Assembly (NCBI GenBank): GCA_900768185.1
Contig: CAAGCB010000004.1
Location: 102,815-166,814 of the forward strand
Direction: 5' to 3'
DNA: 64,000 nucleotides
Source of the DNA: Alphaproteobacteria bacterium
GTDB taxonomy: Bacteria; Pseudomonadota; Alphaproteobacteria; CAAGCB01; CAG-977
Shown: positions 37,635-48,507 of the stretch, piece after piece
Layout: each line of letters opens with the position of its first letter
How positions within the stretch are numbered: the stretch's first letter is position 1
Translations under genes and position numbers: made by a program
Notes under the pieces: model-generated
What the model saw: only the letters and a program-made list of their open reading frames with translations
Database searches by the model: none
Told to the model about the DNA's origin: nothing

Positions 37635-38624
37635 TTACCGTTTTTCCATATACGCCAACGGATCGACGGCTTTCGTCCCCTTGCGGATTTCGAAATGCAG
37701 CTGCGGTTCTTTGGCGCTGCCCGTTTTGCCGACTTTGGCGACAGGCTGACCGCGCTTGACGGTTTGACCGCGCGCGACCAGTATTTCCCGATTATGGGCG
37801 TAAGCGGTGATCCAACCGTCGGAATGTTTGATCAGCAACAGATTGCCGAAACCCTTTAACTCGTTGCCGGCATAGGCGACGACGCCGTTTTCCGCGGCGC
37901 GGACGGAAACGCCCTCTTGCGCGGAAATGTTGATGCCGTCGTTGTGACGTCCCGCGCCCGCCGAACCGAATTTCGTCATCACGCGCCCCAAAACGGGCCA
38001 AGCGAACTTGCCTCGGGATCTGGACGGCGGAACAGGCAGACGCACGGCTTTTTTACGGCTGGCGGGCTTTGTTTTTCGCGGTCGGCTTTTAGCAACCGTT
38101 TTTGTCGTTTTTTCAGTCGTTTTCTTGGTCGGGTTCAGCCAAACGGTCTGTTGGACGGGCGGTTCGGCGACAATCGTTCCGGGCATGCGCAAGAACTGTC
38201 CTTCGTAAATCGCGTAAGGAGCTTTGATCTTGTTGTGTTTCGCCAACTGGCTCATATCGACATTATAGCGGCGCGAAATGCTGTAAATCGTATCGCCTTT
38301 ACGCACGACGTGGACGGCGGGCTTCGGCAGTTTCAGCCGTTGCCCCGGCGTCAACAGAAACGGCGCGGACAAATTGTTGACTTCAATCATCGCGCGAATG
38401 GGAACTTCGTGCGTGCGGGACAGCGAATAGACGGTATCGCCCTTTTTCACGGTCACATATTCGGGCGACATACTGTTCAGACGGTATTTTGTCCTGTCGT
38501 GCGGACTTTGACGGGCAATCGTCCGTTTCGCGTATTGCGGATTATCGTCCAGCGGAATCAGGGTGCAACCGACCAGCGCCGCCGCCAGCAACGCCACCAC
38601 GCCCGTTTTTATCCTTAATCCCAT
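37635..38624 (-). CDS. LysM-domain M23 family metallopeptidase (NlpD-like lipoprotein)
   Basis: Lipobox LVGCT. Two LysM repeats (VKKGDTVYSLSR and VRKGDTIYSISRRY). The M23 core has HNDGINI...GWITAYAHN...PQLHFEIR. Confidence 0.88.
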   Translation of the reverse strand: MGLRIKTGVVALLAAALVGCTLIPLDDNPQYAKRTIARQSPHDRTKYRLNSMSPEYVTVKKGDTVYSLSRTHEVPIRAMIEVNNLSAPFLLTPGQRLKLPKPAVHVVRKGDTIYSISRRYNVDMSQLAKHNKIKAPYAIYEGQFLRMPGTIVAEPPVQQTVWLNPTKKTTEKTTKTVAKSRPRKTKPASRKKAVRLPVPPSRSRGKFAWPVLGRVMTKFGSAGAGRHNDGINISAQEGVSVRAAENGVVAYAGNELKGFGNLLLIKHSDGWITAYAHNREILVARGQTVKRGQPVAKVGKTGSAKEPQLHFEIRKGTKAVDPLAYMEKR

Positions 38625-38770
38625 ACGTTTTCTTCGGTTAGAATGATTTTTCGCGTATTATAAAAACACTTCGCTAAGAAAAAGTTTAAATCAATCGAAA
38701 AGTGCTTGGAACACCTGCGGGATTTGATTAAACTTTTCCACGATTTTTCGAATGTTTCAAGGAAAAGGAA

Positions 38771-41350
38771 ATGACAGCCGCCCCCGAAACCGTCTATGCG
38801 AAAGACTATAAAAAGCCCGCTTATCAAATCAGCCGCGTCGACATGACGTTCGATCTGGATTTGACGCGATCGAAAGTGACGGCGGTCGCGCGCGTCCGCC
38901 GCGATCCCGATACGGAACAAAGCGCGCCGTTGTTTTTGGACGGCGACGACCTGACGCTGAAAAGCGTCGCGATTGACGGCGTCCCCTTGTCCGCCGACCG
39001 CTACGCCTTGTCGGAAAAAGGCTTGACGGTTTTTGCCCCGCCTGACGACTTTACGCTGACGGTTGAAACGGAAATCCGTCCCGCAGCCAATACGAAATTA
39101 CAAGGGCTTTACGCGTCCGGCGGCATTTTATGCACAAAATGCGAAACGCACGGCTTTCGCCGCATCACCTTTTTTCCGGATCGTCCGGACGTGATGCCCG
39201 TCTGGCGCACGACATTGATTGCGGACAAAACGAACCTGCCTGTTTTGATTTCGAACGGCAATCGAGAATCCGCCGAAATTCTGCCCGACGGGCGGCACAA
39301 AGCCGTATTTTTCGATCCGGTGCCGAAAGCGTGTTATTTATACGCCGTCGTCGCGGGAAAACTTGACGGGCGGCGGGACGAATTCATCACCCGTTCGGGG
39401 CGCAAAGTCGAATTAAACATCTTTGTCGAATCGGGCAAAGGAAATATGACCGCCTACGCTCTCGAATCTCTGAAACGCGCGATGAAGTGGGACGAAGACG
39501 TTTTCGGACGCGAATACGATCACGACGTTTTCAATATCGTCGCCGTACCCGATTTTAATTCGGGAGCGTGCGAAAATACCTCGTTGAACATCTTTAACGA
39601 CAAATACGTTCTTGCCGATCCTCAAAAGGCGACGGACGCCGACTACGCCCGCATCGAAAGCGTCATCGCGCACGAGTATTTTCACAACTGGTCGGGAAAC
39701 CGCGTCACTTTGCGCGACTGGTTCGATCTGACATTGAAAGAGGGACTGACCGTCTACCGCGATCAGGAATTTTCAGCCGACATGCGGTCGCGCGCCGTCA
39801 AAAGAATTGAAGACGCGGCGGATCTGCGCGCTTTTCAATTTCCGCAGGACGCCGGTCCCCTCGCCCACCCGATCCGTCCCGATTCCTATATTTCCGTGCG
39901 ATCGCTTTACACAACCACCGTCTACGACAAGGGGGCGGAGGTCATTCGCATGATGGAACGCATGGCGGGCAAAGAAAAATTCCGTAAAGGCATGGATCTG
40001 TATTTCGACCGCAACGACGGCAAAGCAGTGACGTGCCACGATTTCGTCACGGCGATTTCCGACGGCGCGGAACTGGATCTGAAACAATTTGAAGCGACAT
40101 GGTATCATCAGGCGGGAACGCCGACCGTCACGGGATCGGGAATTTACGACGCCGACGGCAAAACTTACGCGCTGACTTTGAAACAATCGACGCCGTCCAC
40201 ACCGGATCAGCCTGTCAAACGACCTTTTGTCATTCCTTTGCAAATCGGATTGTTGGATAAAAACGGCGGCGATATGGCGGACAAAGTCGTCGTCCTAACG
40301 AAAGACGAACAGACGTTTGTTTTTGAAAACATCGCCGAAGCCCCCGTTTTATCCGGCAACCGCGGTTTTACGGCGCCGATTTGGTTCAAAACGGATTACA
40401 CGCCCGAACAACGCGCCCTGCTGATGGCAAAAGATTCCGACTTGTTCAATCGATGGGACGCGGGGCAGCAATTCGCGACCGACGTTTTACTGGCTTTGAT
40501 CAAGGACGCGAACGCCCCTGTTCCGATCGCCTTTATCGACGCGTTGCGGGGATATCTGGTTGATGAAACGGCGGATAAAGCGTTCGTCGCAAAAGCTTTC
40601 GTCATGCCGTCGGAACGCATGCTGGCGGAACAGACTGATACCGTCGACGTCGACGCCATTCATCGGGCGCGAGAAATCTTGCGCCGCCGGATTGCGACGG
40701 AACTGAAATCCGAATTGCTGAACGCCTACGACGCCAACGCGACCGAAGGGGCTTATGCGCCGAACGCGGCGGATTCCGGAAAACGCGCCGTTAAAAACAC
40801 GGCTCTGGCGTATCTCAGTCTGCTTGACGACACCTTGGCGCGAAAACAATATTACTCGGCGACGCAAATGACCGACAAAGACGCCGCCGTCCGCGTGTTC
40901 GCGGGCAAAGACACGCCGGAAGCCAAAGCGATTATGGAAGATTTCTATCAAACCTATAAAAGCGATTCCCTTGTTGTCGACAAATGGCTGTCGATGCAGG
41001 CGACGGCGGGCGAAAACGCGTTGAAAACAGTAAAGAAACTGCTGAAACACGAATCGTTTTCACCGACAAACCCGAACAAGGTTCGCGCGCTGATCGGGGC
41101 ATTTGCCGCAAACCCGACGGCTTTGCATAAACGGGACGGTTCGGGTTATGATTTCATCGTTGAACAAACGCTGGCAATCGATAAAATCAATCCGCAAATC
41201 GCCGCGGCGATTCCAGCGCCTCTGGGCAAATGGAAAAAATTTGACGCCGAACGTCAAACATTGATAAAAGCCGCTTTGGCGCGTATTTTGAATACGCTTG
41301 ATTTATCGCCGAACACCTATGAAATCGCGTCAAAGTCGTTGAAAGGATAA
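38771..41350 (+). CDS. pepN: Aminopeptidase N
   Basis: GxMEN-like GACENTS, zinc motif HEYFHNWSGNRVT and the downstream E (LKEGLTV). Length is 859 aa. Confidence 0.93.
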   Translation: MTAAPETVYAKDYKKPAYQISRVDMTFDLDLTRSKVTAVARVRRDPDTEQSAPLFLDGDDLTLKSVAIDGVPLSADRYALSEKGLTVFAPPDDFTLTVETEIRPAANTKLQGLYASGGILCTKCETHGFRRITFFPDRPDVMPVWRTTLIADKTNLPVLISNGNRESAEILPDGRHKAVFFDPVPKACYLYAVVAGKLDGRRDEFITRSGRKVELNIFVESGKGNMTAYALESLKRAMKWDEDVFGREYDHDVFNIVAVPDFNSGACENTSLNIFNDKYVLADPQKATDADYARIESVIAHEYFHNWSGNRVTLRDWFDLTLKEGLTVYRDQEFSADMRSRAVKRIEDAADLRAFQFPQDAGPLAHPIRPDSYISVRSLYTTTVYDKGAEVIRMMERMAGKEKFRKGMDLYFDRNDGKAVTCHDFVTAISDGAELDLKQFEATWYHQAGTPTVTGSGIYDADGKTYALTLKQSTPSTPDQPVKRPFVIPLQIGLLDKNGGDMADKVVVLTKDEQTFVFENIAEAPVLSGNRGFTAPIWFKTDYTPEQRALLMAKDSDLFNRWDAGQQFATDVLLALIKDANAPVPIAFIDALRGYLVDETADKAFVAKAFVMPSERMLAEQTDTVDVDAIHRAREILRRRIATELKSELLNAYDANATEGAYAPNAADSGKRAVKNTALAYLSLLDDTLARKQYYSATQMTDKDAAVRVFAGKDTPEAKAIMEDFYQTYKSDSLVVDKWLSMQATAGENALKTVKKLLKHESFSPTNPNKVRALIGAFAANPTALHKRDGSGYDFIVEQTLAIDKINPQIAAAIPAPLGKWKKFDAERQTLIKAALARILNTLDLSPNTYEIASKSLKG

Positions 41351-41356
41351 GAGCAG

Positions 41357-41827
41357 GTGAACAAAACCGTTTTACTTTCCGCCGCGTGTTTTTTGACGGG
41401 AACGGCAATCGGCTTTTTTGCCGCCCCGAAAGAAAAAAGCGTAGACGTTCCGCGTCCGCTGATTTTACGCCTGTCGTCGCAGGGGCGCGCCGCCGTCACA
41501 GCCGCAGCCGCGCAAATCAACGCCGTATTGGACGAAGAAACCGGAAAAATGATGGCGGACAAGACCCGATCGCTTCAAGCGGTCGCGACGGACGCGCCCG
41601 ATCGCGCGGCGGCGGAGTTTCATGCGTTCGGGTTCGAAAAACGCTTTTGCGATGTTCTGGCGCGGATTGATCTGATTATCTTGGACGCGTTGGAACAAAT
41701 GCCCCGCATCGACCGTCGCGCCTATATGGATTTTTATCTGGAAAACAGGGCGAATATCCGGTCGAACGGCGTTGTTCTGCCGTTGATATCCGCGACCGGT
41801 TTTGCGCAAACGGATAAAAAAGAATAA
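41357..41827 (+). CDS. Hypothetical exported/membrane-anchored protein
   Basis: GTG start and a hydrophobic N-terminus. No recognised motif. Confidence 0.5.
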   Translation: MNKTVLLSAACFLTGTAIGFFAAPKEKSVDVPRPLILRLSSQGRAAVTAAAAQINAVLDEETGKMMADKTRSLQAVATDAPDRAAAEFHAFGFEKRFCDVLARIDLIILDALEQMPRIDRRAYMDFYLENRANIRSNGVVLPLISATGFAQTDKKE

Positions 41828-41838
41828 AGAGGCTTCAA

Positions 41839-42330
41839 ATGGCAAATCACGATTTAAAAAAAACAAACGCCATGCGTCAGCTGGATCAGGCGCGCGTTCC
41901 CTATGAATATTACGAATACGACGTGACGGACGGAAAAATCGACGCCGTGTCCGTCGCCGCGAAAATCGGGCAAGCTCCGGAACAGGTGTTCAAAACGCTG
42001 GTGACGCAATCACCGGCGCGCGAATGTTTCGTGTTTGTCATTCCGTCAATCTGCGAATTGAATTTGAAAGCCGCCGCCAAAGCCGCGGGACAAAAAAGCG
42101 TCGAAATGCTGCCGTTGAAATTGTTGTTGCCGACGACGGGATACGTTCACGGCGGCTGTTCCCCCGTCGGCATGAAAAAGCCGTTTGCGACATTCATCGA
42201 CGAAACGGCTTTGCTGTATGATAAAATTTGCGTCAGCGCCGGAAAGGTCGGCGTCAATCTGTGCCTGTCGCCGCAGGTTCTGGCGGATTTTGTTCAGGCT
42301 CGGTTCGCGGATCTGGCGCGTCAGCCGTAA
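41839..42330 (+). CDS. ybaK: Cys-tRNA(Pro)/Cys-tRNA(Cys) deacylase YbaK
   Basis: YbaK/ProX fold with the HGGCSPVG motif. Length is 163 aa. Confidence 0.85.
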   Translation: MANHDLKKTNAMRQLDQARVPYEYYEYDVTDGKIDAVSVAAKIGQAPEQVFKTLVTQSPARECFVFVIPSICELNLKAAAKAAGQKSVEMLPLKLLLPTTGYVHGGCSPVGMKKPFATFIDETALLYDKICVSAGKVGVNLCLSPQVLADFVQARFADLARQP

Positions 42331-44797
42331 CCGCTTCGGCGTCATCTTCCGTTTTATCCGATTTAGCCTCGCGCTCCGCCGCGATTTTCGCGGCGGCGGC
42401 ACTGACGTCTTTGACGGTGTACCACGCCAAGTCCGGCTCAATCACCTTGCCTTCGGGGTATTCGGGGGAAAACAGAATATTTGCCGGAATACCGTAGTCT
42501 TTTTCCTGCATCAGCAGTTCTTTGACAAAGTCGTTTTGATAATTGATTCGCATGAAAACGACGTTATCCGTATCTTTCGCTTTTTCCGTCAGCAACATGT
42601 TTTTGACGCATGCCAAACAATAATTTTCACCGACGCCCAAAATGACGGACTTGCCTTCGCCGACGAAACGATGCAAAGCGGTTTCGTCAAAAGGCACTGA
42701 CAAGCGTTCCATCAAATTCCCCTGTTTCGGAAACAGCGGCAAAACCGACAGCGCCGCAAGGATAGCAACAATCGGCGCGGTCGTCACTTTTGCGACACGC
42801 TTGACCGCCGATGCCATTACGATCAGCAAGGCCGCCGCGACGAGCGTCAATTTGACGTCCGTTTCAACGCCGATAATCGCCAGCAACGCGATAATTTGCG
42901 CAATCAGCGGCAAGGGCAGAATAAAAGCCATAATTTTGCGCTGTTTTTCATAGACGGGAAATTCCTCCGCGCGCTTATCCAACAGGGAAAGGGCGATAAA
43001 CGGCGCCAAAACGCCGACGGCAAAGCCGACGGAATACAGAACGACCGATTTCGACAACAGCAAATAGGTGTCGAAATAGAGCCGTGTCGCCGGAGTGACA
43101 AACAGCAACGCCCCCGTGACGAACCCCGTCAGCAGCCCCGCCTGTTCACGCGGCGTCGCATTTTGAAAAAACCTGACCGGCAGTTTTTTAAACGCCTTGA
43201 TGACGGCGATATCGTCAAACACTTTTGAAACCGCCAAAGCAGACAAAGTGAAAACAGCCGCCCAGCAGAAATTTGCAAAAGGCGAATAGAATTGCACGCC
43301 CCAGACGAATATGCCGTCGGGCAAGAGCGCGCACGCTCCGGCGAACAGGAGATAAAACACGACCCAAAAATAGCCGGTCTTTCCCAAGCCGCTATAAAAA
43401 TCAAGCGATTTGTCCGCGGATTTGCGCACGGCGAAAACCACTTGCGTTCCGAAAATCAAAAATGCGGTCAAAAGAGGCGTTAAAAACAGAAACTTCAGTC
43501 CGGCAAGAACGGAAAACAGAAAATCAATGACGGAAAACGAAAACACGGAAACGACGCGTCCGAAAGACAAATCCGTGAATCCGGCTTCGCTTTCAAATTC
43601 GATCGCGCCGCCCGCGTAACCGACGTCAATCGTCAATTTGACGACCGCGTCCGGTTCAATCGGCGACAGCACGCGCATTTTTAAAACCGTTTCGCCGCCT
43701 TTTTTCAAAACAAACGGATCGCCGAATTTGACGCCCTGCTGATTTTTGACATGAATGACGGGATCCGTAACATAAAAGGCGGGCTTCAAAACGACATACA
43801 AATCCGCGCCGCCGGATTTGCTTTTTTTGAAATATGCCCGCTTTAATTCTACGGACGCCAATCCGGACGCGGGCGACAGCATCATTTGCTGCGTCAAATC
43901 CGTGCATAAAACGGACTCCATCAAGAATTTCACGGGAGTATAGACGATTTCCGGCGTCGTTTCCCACCTGCAGCCGTCGTCGTCACACACGTTCATCGTC
44001 AACGTCGCTTTCAGTTCGCTCGGAAGATCGTTGTTTTGAACATAGGCGTCGAACGGCAGATAGAATTTTTCAGCATAGCCGAACATGTTTTTCCCGTTTC
44101 CGGCGACGTTCTGTTCAAAAGGCGGATACAGTTTGCCGATCACCATGTTTTCGGACGCCGAAAAATCCACCTTCACCGGCGTGAACGGCGCGTTGTCTGC
44201 GGAAGTGACGACAAAGCTTCCTTTTTTGGGAGCCACGATGAACGACATCAGAATTTTTCCTTTGCCGCTATCAACGCAAGACGCCAGAACCGTTGTCGTC
44301 AACGGCGTTTTAACAATATTCGAATAATAATTGATCGGTTTGACCTGACTGAGAAATTCGCCCAAAGAAAACTTTCCCATCGGCATGTTTTTAATGTTTT
44401 TCAAGGTCGACAAATCATCGAAATCAATCAATCTGTCGACTTCTCCGGGGTATTTTTCCAGTATTTTCATATTGATGTTGTCAATAACGTTTCTGGAAAG
44501 ATGTTCCATATCCTTGTAGCGTTTTCCCAGCATCGAAATTTTTTCGACCCATTCGGAATTTTTGCCGTCTTTAACATCAAATTTCAGCAGTTCGTTCAAA
44601 ATCTGTCCGTCGGTCGCGCCGACGGCTTTGTTCTTTTTATAGAACTCGACAACAAAATCCCAGCGTTTTCCCTCCTTCGGGTCGCGCCATTTTTCCAATT
44701 CGCCGTTTGTCAGCGGAATGACCTTTGATTCTTCGGCGGTCAGGGCGGCGGGAAAAATCAGCCCCATAAACAGAAACAAAACGATTTTTCGGAACAT
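42254..44797 (-). CDS. DsbD/ScsB-family protein-disulfide reductase-like membrane protein
   Basis: ATG at 44797 with a signal peptide. It has a large periplasmic N-domain, about eight TM helices and a C-terminal thioredoxin-like domain with CxxC (NYCLAC). The tail is a low-complexity A/E/D/P region. Confidence 0.75.
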   Translation of the reverse strand: MFRKIVLFLFMGLIFPAALTAEESKVIPLTNGELEKWRDPKEGKRWDFVVEFYKKNKAVGATDGQILNELLKFDVKDGKNSEWVEKISMLGKRYKDMEHLSRNVIDNINMKILEKYPGEVDRLIDFDDLSTLKNIKNMPMGKFSLGEFLSQVKPINYYSNIVKTPLTTTVLASCVDSGKGKILMSFIVAPKKGSFVVTSADNAPFTPVKVDFSASENMVIGKLYPPFEQNVAGNGKNMFGYAEKFYLPFDAYVQNNDLPSELKATLTMNVCDDDGCRWETTPEIVYTPVKFLMESVLCTDLTQQMMLSPASGLASVELKRAYFKKSKSGGADLYVVLKPAFYVTDPVIHVKNQQGVKFGDPFVLKKGGETVLKMRVLSPIEPDAVVKLTIDVGYAGGAIEFESEAGFTDLSFGRVVSVFSFSVIDFLFSVLAGLKFLFLTPLLTAFLIFGTQVVFAVRKSADKSLDFYSGLGKTGYFWVVFYLLFAGACALLPDGIFVWGVQFYSPFANFCWAAVFTLSALAVSKVFDDIAVIKAFKKLPVRFFQNATPREQAGLLTGFVTGALLFVTPATRLYFDTYLLLSKSVVLYSVGFAVGVLAPFIALSLLDKRAEEFPVYEKQRKIMAFILPLPLIAQIIALLAIIGVETDVKLTLVAAALLIVMASAVKRVAKVTTAPIVAILAALSVLPLFPKQGNLMERLSVPFDETALHRFVGEGKSVILGVGENYCLACVKNMLLTEKAKDTDNVVFMRINYQNDFVKELLMQEKDYGIPANILFSPEYPEGKVIEPDLAWYTVKDVSAAAAKIAAEREAKSDKTEDDAEAVTADAPDPRTEPEQNPPEPAATGTD

Positions 44798-44880
44798 GTT
44801 TTTAATATCCTTTAAATTTTTAAGGCGTATTTTTGAGAATAATACCACAAACAAATCGGAAACAACAGGGGTTAAAATGT

Positions 44881-45435
44881 ATGGACTTTTTTAACGGTCA
44901 ATGCCTGCTTGCCATGCCGGGCATGCGGGACGAACGATTTGAACGCGCCGTCATCTATGTCTGTTCGCACACGGCGGAAGGAGCGATGGGACTGGTTGTC
45001 AACAAGCCTTTACAACATCTGACTTTTGACGACTTGTTGGCGCAACTGCACATCGTCCGCCCCGAAAAAGGCGTCAATCCCTCTGTTATGGCGGGCGGTC
45101 CCGTTGACGTCGTGCGCGGTTTCGTTCTGCATTCCCCCGAATACACGGGCAAAGCGACCTTGACCATGACCGATTTGGCGTCGCTGAGCGTCACGACCGA
45201 TATCATTGACGACATCGCGACGGGAAAAGGTCCCGAAAGATACCTGATTGCCTTGGGATACGTCGGCTGGGGCGCCGGACAGCTGGAAAACGAAATCAAA
45301 GAAAACAGCTGGACGCCCGTTTCCGCCGATGCGGATTTGCTGTATTCTCTGCCGAACGAAAAAAAATGGAGCCGCGCCTTCGCATCGCTGGGCGTCGATC
45401 CGTCGTTTTTATCCGAAGAACAGGGAAAAGCCTGA
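44881..45435 (+). CDS. yqgE: YqgE/AlgH family protein
   Basis: FERAVIYVCSHTAEGAMGLVVNKP and GYVGWGAGQLENE signatures. Confidence 0.88.
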   Translation: MDFFNGQCLLAMPGMRDERFERAVIYVCSHTAEGAMGLVVNKPLQHLTFDDLLAQLHIVRPEKGVNPSVMAGGPVDVVRGFVLHSPEYTGKATLTMTDLASLSVTTDIIDDIATGKGPERYLIALGYVGWGAGQLENEIKENSWTPVSADADLLYSLPNEKKWSRAFASLGVDPSFLSEEQGKA

Positions 45436-45441
45436 AATAAA

Positions 45442-46158
45442 TCACAAATTTTCGGCGTATCCGAAATCGATCAGCGTTTCCCCCAAACCGACCGCGCCGA
45501 CGAAACATTCGGCGATGTCGGAATCGTCTGACGACGGATAACATCTGCCCTCCGATCCGTCGTAGCGGCGTTTCAATTCACCGAAAGCGTCGCCCGCCCT
45601 GCCCGATCGGATTTTTACGGGCAAAGAAAATTCCATGCCGTTTATTCTGACTTTGGACGATCCGACAATGTTCAGACGTCCTTTGATAAAACGATCGTTC
45701 AGCTCCGGTTCGTCCGCTTTCGGCGCGACGGCGGAAATGAAATAGTCCGCCGTCGGACGCGGCGGTTCCGCAACAAAAGCGGGGGGATTTGAAGCCGTCG
45801 CGATCGTCCCGTCGTCGCGAATAACGATTTCGGCATCGTCGCGGCGCACAGGAAAAAGCACCGGCGGCGAAACGTTTTGTTTTTTTTCCGTTTTGGTTCC
45901 GCGTTGGGCGTCGATATAGTCTGACAGCTGTTGCAAATCCTCTCGCCATACTTTTTTTCTGTCGGCGACGACGGCGTTCCATTTTTCGCCGACAACTGAC
46001 GGAATCGCGCGCGGTTCAACTCCGACCAACCAAAACGCGCCGATGACAACCGCCAGCAACAAGGCGACGTAATGCGGACGCGCCAGCAATTTAAAGAATA
46101 ATCGGGCGGCGTCTTTCACCAGCCCGATCATTCCGCGAACATACAGCAACAGCCGCAT
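45442..46158 (-). CDS. Hypothetical membrane-anchored protein
   Basis: I prefer the ATG at 46158, immediately after the metG stop. It has one TM helix (HYVALLLAVVIGAFWLVGV). The C-terminal region only weakly recalls SNase-like proteins. Confidence 0.55.
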   Translation of the reverse strand: MRLLLYVRGMIGLVKDAARLFFKLLARPHYVALLLAVVIGAFWLVGVEPRAIPSVVGEKWNAVVADRKKVWREDLQQLSDYIDAQRGTKTEKKQNVSPPVLFPVRRDDAEIVIRDDGTIATASNPPAFVAEPPRPTADYFISAVAPKADEPELNDRFIKGRLNIVGSSKVRINGMEFSLPVKIRSGRAGDAFGELKRRYDGSEGRCYPSSDDSDIAECFVGAVGLGETLIDFGYAENL

Positions 46159-46160
46159 GC

Positions 46161-47867
46161 TTATTCTTCCGGATTGCCGCCGTAGCGTTGACACAAATCC
46201 TCAACCTCTTCGGGCGTGATTTTCCGGAACAACGGCTGATCGGGAATGTTGAACGCATGTCCGGCGGGCAGTTTTTGCAATTCCGCCGCCAAATTTCCGG
46301 CGTCAATCCACGCCAAGCCGTTTGCGTCCAAATTCAGCAAAGCCAGCATTTTGCCCGCCGTTTCCGGAATGACGGGCGCGGACAGAACGGCGTACAGCCG
46401 AATGACGTTCAGCGCCAGCCGCAAAATCATCGCGGCTTTGTCTTTGTCTTCCTTGATCACCGTCCACGGCGCGGCGGCGGTCAGGTAGTTGTTGCCCTCC
46501 ACCCAAATGGCGCGCAATTCGACCAAAGCCTTGCGATATTCCATTTCCGACAGATATTTCGTGTAATCGGCGATTCTGTTTTCCAGCGTTTTGACGAATT
46601 CCCGTTCCGCGTCGCCCCATTCGCCGCCCGCGGGAACGGACGCGCCAATCTTTGACGCCGTCATTTTCAAAACACGGTTGACGAAGTTGCCCAGAACGTC
46701 GTTTAAATCTTTGTTCACCGTCGCGGCGAACCCGTTGAACGTAAAACTGGAATCGGAGCTTTCGGGCGCGTTTGCCATCAGCCAGTAACGCCAATAGTCG
46801 GGCTGAAATTCGTCCAAAGCCTGATTGGTGAAGATTCCGCGTTTCTGCGACGTGGAAAACTTGCCGCCGTAAAACGTCAGCCAGTTAAATCCTTTGATAT
46901 AGTCGACCTTTTTCCACGGTTCGCCGGACGCCAGCAACGTCGCGGGGAACATGATGGTGTGGAACGGAATGTTGTCTTTTGCCATAAATTCGACATAGCG
47001 CACGTTTTCGGCGTTGTACCACCAGCTTTTCCAATCGCGGTGTTCGGGGTCTTTTTCCGCCCATTCGGCGGTCGAACCGATGTATTCGATCGGCGCATCG
47101 AACCAGACGTAGAACACTTTGCCTTCAAACCCTTCGACGGGGACGGGAACGCCCCATTTCAAATCGCGGGTAATGCACCGTTCGCGCAAACCTTCCTTCA
47201 ACCATTTGCGGGCGATGGACGTGACGACCAACGGCCATTCGGCTTCGTGTTCGTCGATAAAAGCGGACAGTTTACTTTCCAAAGCGGGCAATTTCAAAAA
47301 CAAATGCTTGCTGTCGCGGATTTCAAGATTGTGCGATCCGGAAACGGCGGAGCGCGGATTGATCAAATCGGTCGGATCCAAAACGCGGGTGCAGTTTTCG
47401 CATTGGTCGCCGCGGGCGGCTTCGTATCCGCAATGCGGACACGTTCCGACAATATAGCGATCGGGCAAAAAGCGACCGTCGTCAACGGAATAGACTTGTT
47501 TGATGACGCGTTCTTCAATATAGCCGTTTTCCATCAGTTTTTTGCAAAAATGCTGCGTCAATTCCGTGTTCTGATGCGACGACGAACGCCCGAAATGATC
47601 AAACGACAGGTTAAAGCGGGCGTAAATATCTTTTTGCACGTCATGCTGTTCGGCGCAGAACGTTTCGACGTTCTGATTTTTTTCCATGGCGGCGAGTTCC
47701 GCGGGCGTGCCGTGTTCGTCGGTCGCGCAGATAAACAGAACCTCCTCCCCCCTTTGCCGCAAAAAGCGGGCGTACACGTCGGCGGGCAGCATCGACCCGA
47801 CCAGATTGCCCAAATGTTTGATGCCGTTGATATAGGGAAGCGCGCTGGTAATCAGATATTTCGTCAT
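46161..47867 (-). CDS. metG: Methionine--tRNA ligase
   Basis: HIGH-type motif ([10 protein letters not shown]), a Cys4 knuckle ([17 protein letters not shown]) and a KMSKS-type motif (KFSTSQ). Confidence 0.95.
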   Translation of the reverse strand: MTKYLITSALPYINGIKHLGNLVGSMLPADVYARFLRQRGEEVLFICATDEHGTPAELAAMEKNQNVETFCAEQHDVQKDIYARFNLSFDHFGRSSSHQNTELTQHFCKKLMENGYIEERVIKQVYSVDDGRFLPDRYIVGTCPHCGYEAARGDQCENCTRVLDPTDLINPRSAVSGSHNLEIRDSKHLFLKLPALESKLSAFIDEHEAEWPLVVTSIARKWLKEGLRERCITRDLKWGVPVPVEGFEGKVFYVWFDAPIEYIGSTAEWAEKDPEHRDWKSWWYNAENVRYVEFMAKDNIPFHTIMFPATLLASGEPWKKVDYIKGFNWLTFYGGKFSTSQKRGIFTNQALDEFQPDYWRYWLMANAPESSDSSFTFNGFAATVNKDLNDVLGNFVNRVLKMTASKIGASVPAGGEWGDAEREFVKTLENRIADYTKYLSEMEYRKALVELRAIWVEGNNYLTAAAPWTVIKEDKDKAAMILRLALNVIRLYAVLSAPVIPETAGKMLALLNLDANGLAWIDAGNLAAELQKLPAGHAFNIPDQPLFRKITPEEVEDLCQRYGGNPEE

Positions 47868-47958
47868 AAATTCGAACCTTTTAACAGAACAAACGGATAT
47901 TGATTTTTATCACGCTTTTCATATAGAATTTCAAGAACATTTTTATCAGGAGTCCGAA

Positions 47959-48507
47959 ATGTCAGACAGTCCCGTTTTAATCCGTTCCGCCGTCGCCGCC
48001 GACATTGACGCGATCATGAAAATCGAAAACGAAAGCTTTGTTCCCGGATCGCGCGAGGAACGCGACCTGTACCTGAAACGGATACAGGCGTTTTCCGACG
48101 GTTTTCTGGTGGCTCAAGACACGCTGACCGGTGAAGTCGGCGGCTATATTTCGTCCGAATTGTGGCGCGAAGATCAAGGTATCGACGCCGATGTTCTGGC
48201 ACTGGGACACGATCCGCTGAAACTGCACGACGACAACGGGAAACACCTGTACGTCACATCATTCGGCACGCTGCAAAATTGGCGCGGCAAAAAAATCGGG
48301 CTGGCGCTGTTTTCCGCGCTAGAGGAAAAAATAGCCCGCGATTATCCGAATGTCGCGCGCGAAATTCTGATCGTTTCCGAAAAATGGACGGCGGCGCGTC
48401 ATTTGTACGCCAAGCGCGGATTCACGGAAACGGGACGCATCATCGATTTTTTCACCCCTGATGACCTGCCCGCCGAAGACGCCGTTATCATGATGAAAGA
48501 CGTTTAA
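47959..48507 (+). CDS. GNAT family N-acetyltransferase
   Basis: WRGKKIGLALF acetyl-CoA motif. Confidence 0.8.
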   Translation: MSDSPVLIRSAVAADIDAIMKIENESFVPGSREERDLYLKRIQAFSDGFLVAQDTLTGEVGGYISSELWREDQGIDADVLALGHDPLKLHDDNGKHLYVTSFGTLQNWRGKKIGLALFSALEEKIARDYPNVAREILIVSEKWTAARHLYAKRGFTETGRIIDFFTPDDLPAEDAVIMMKDV

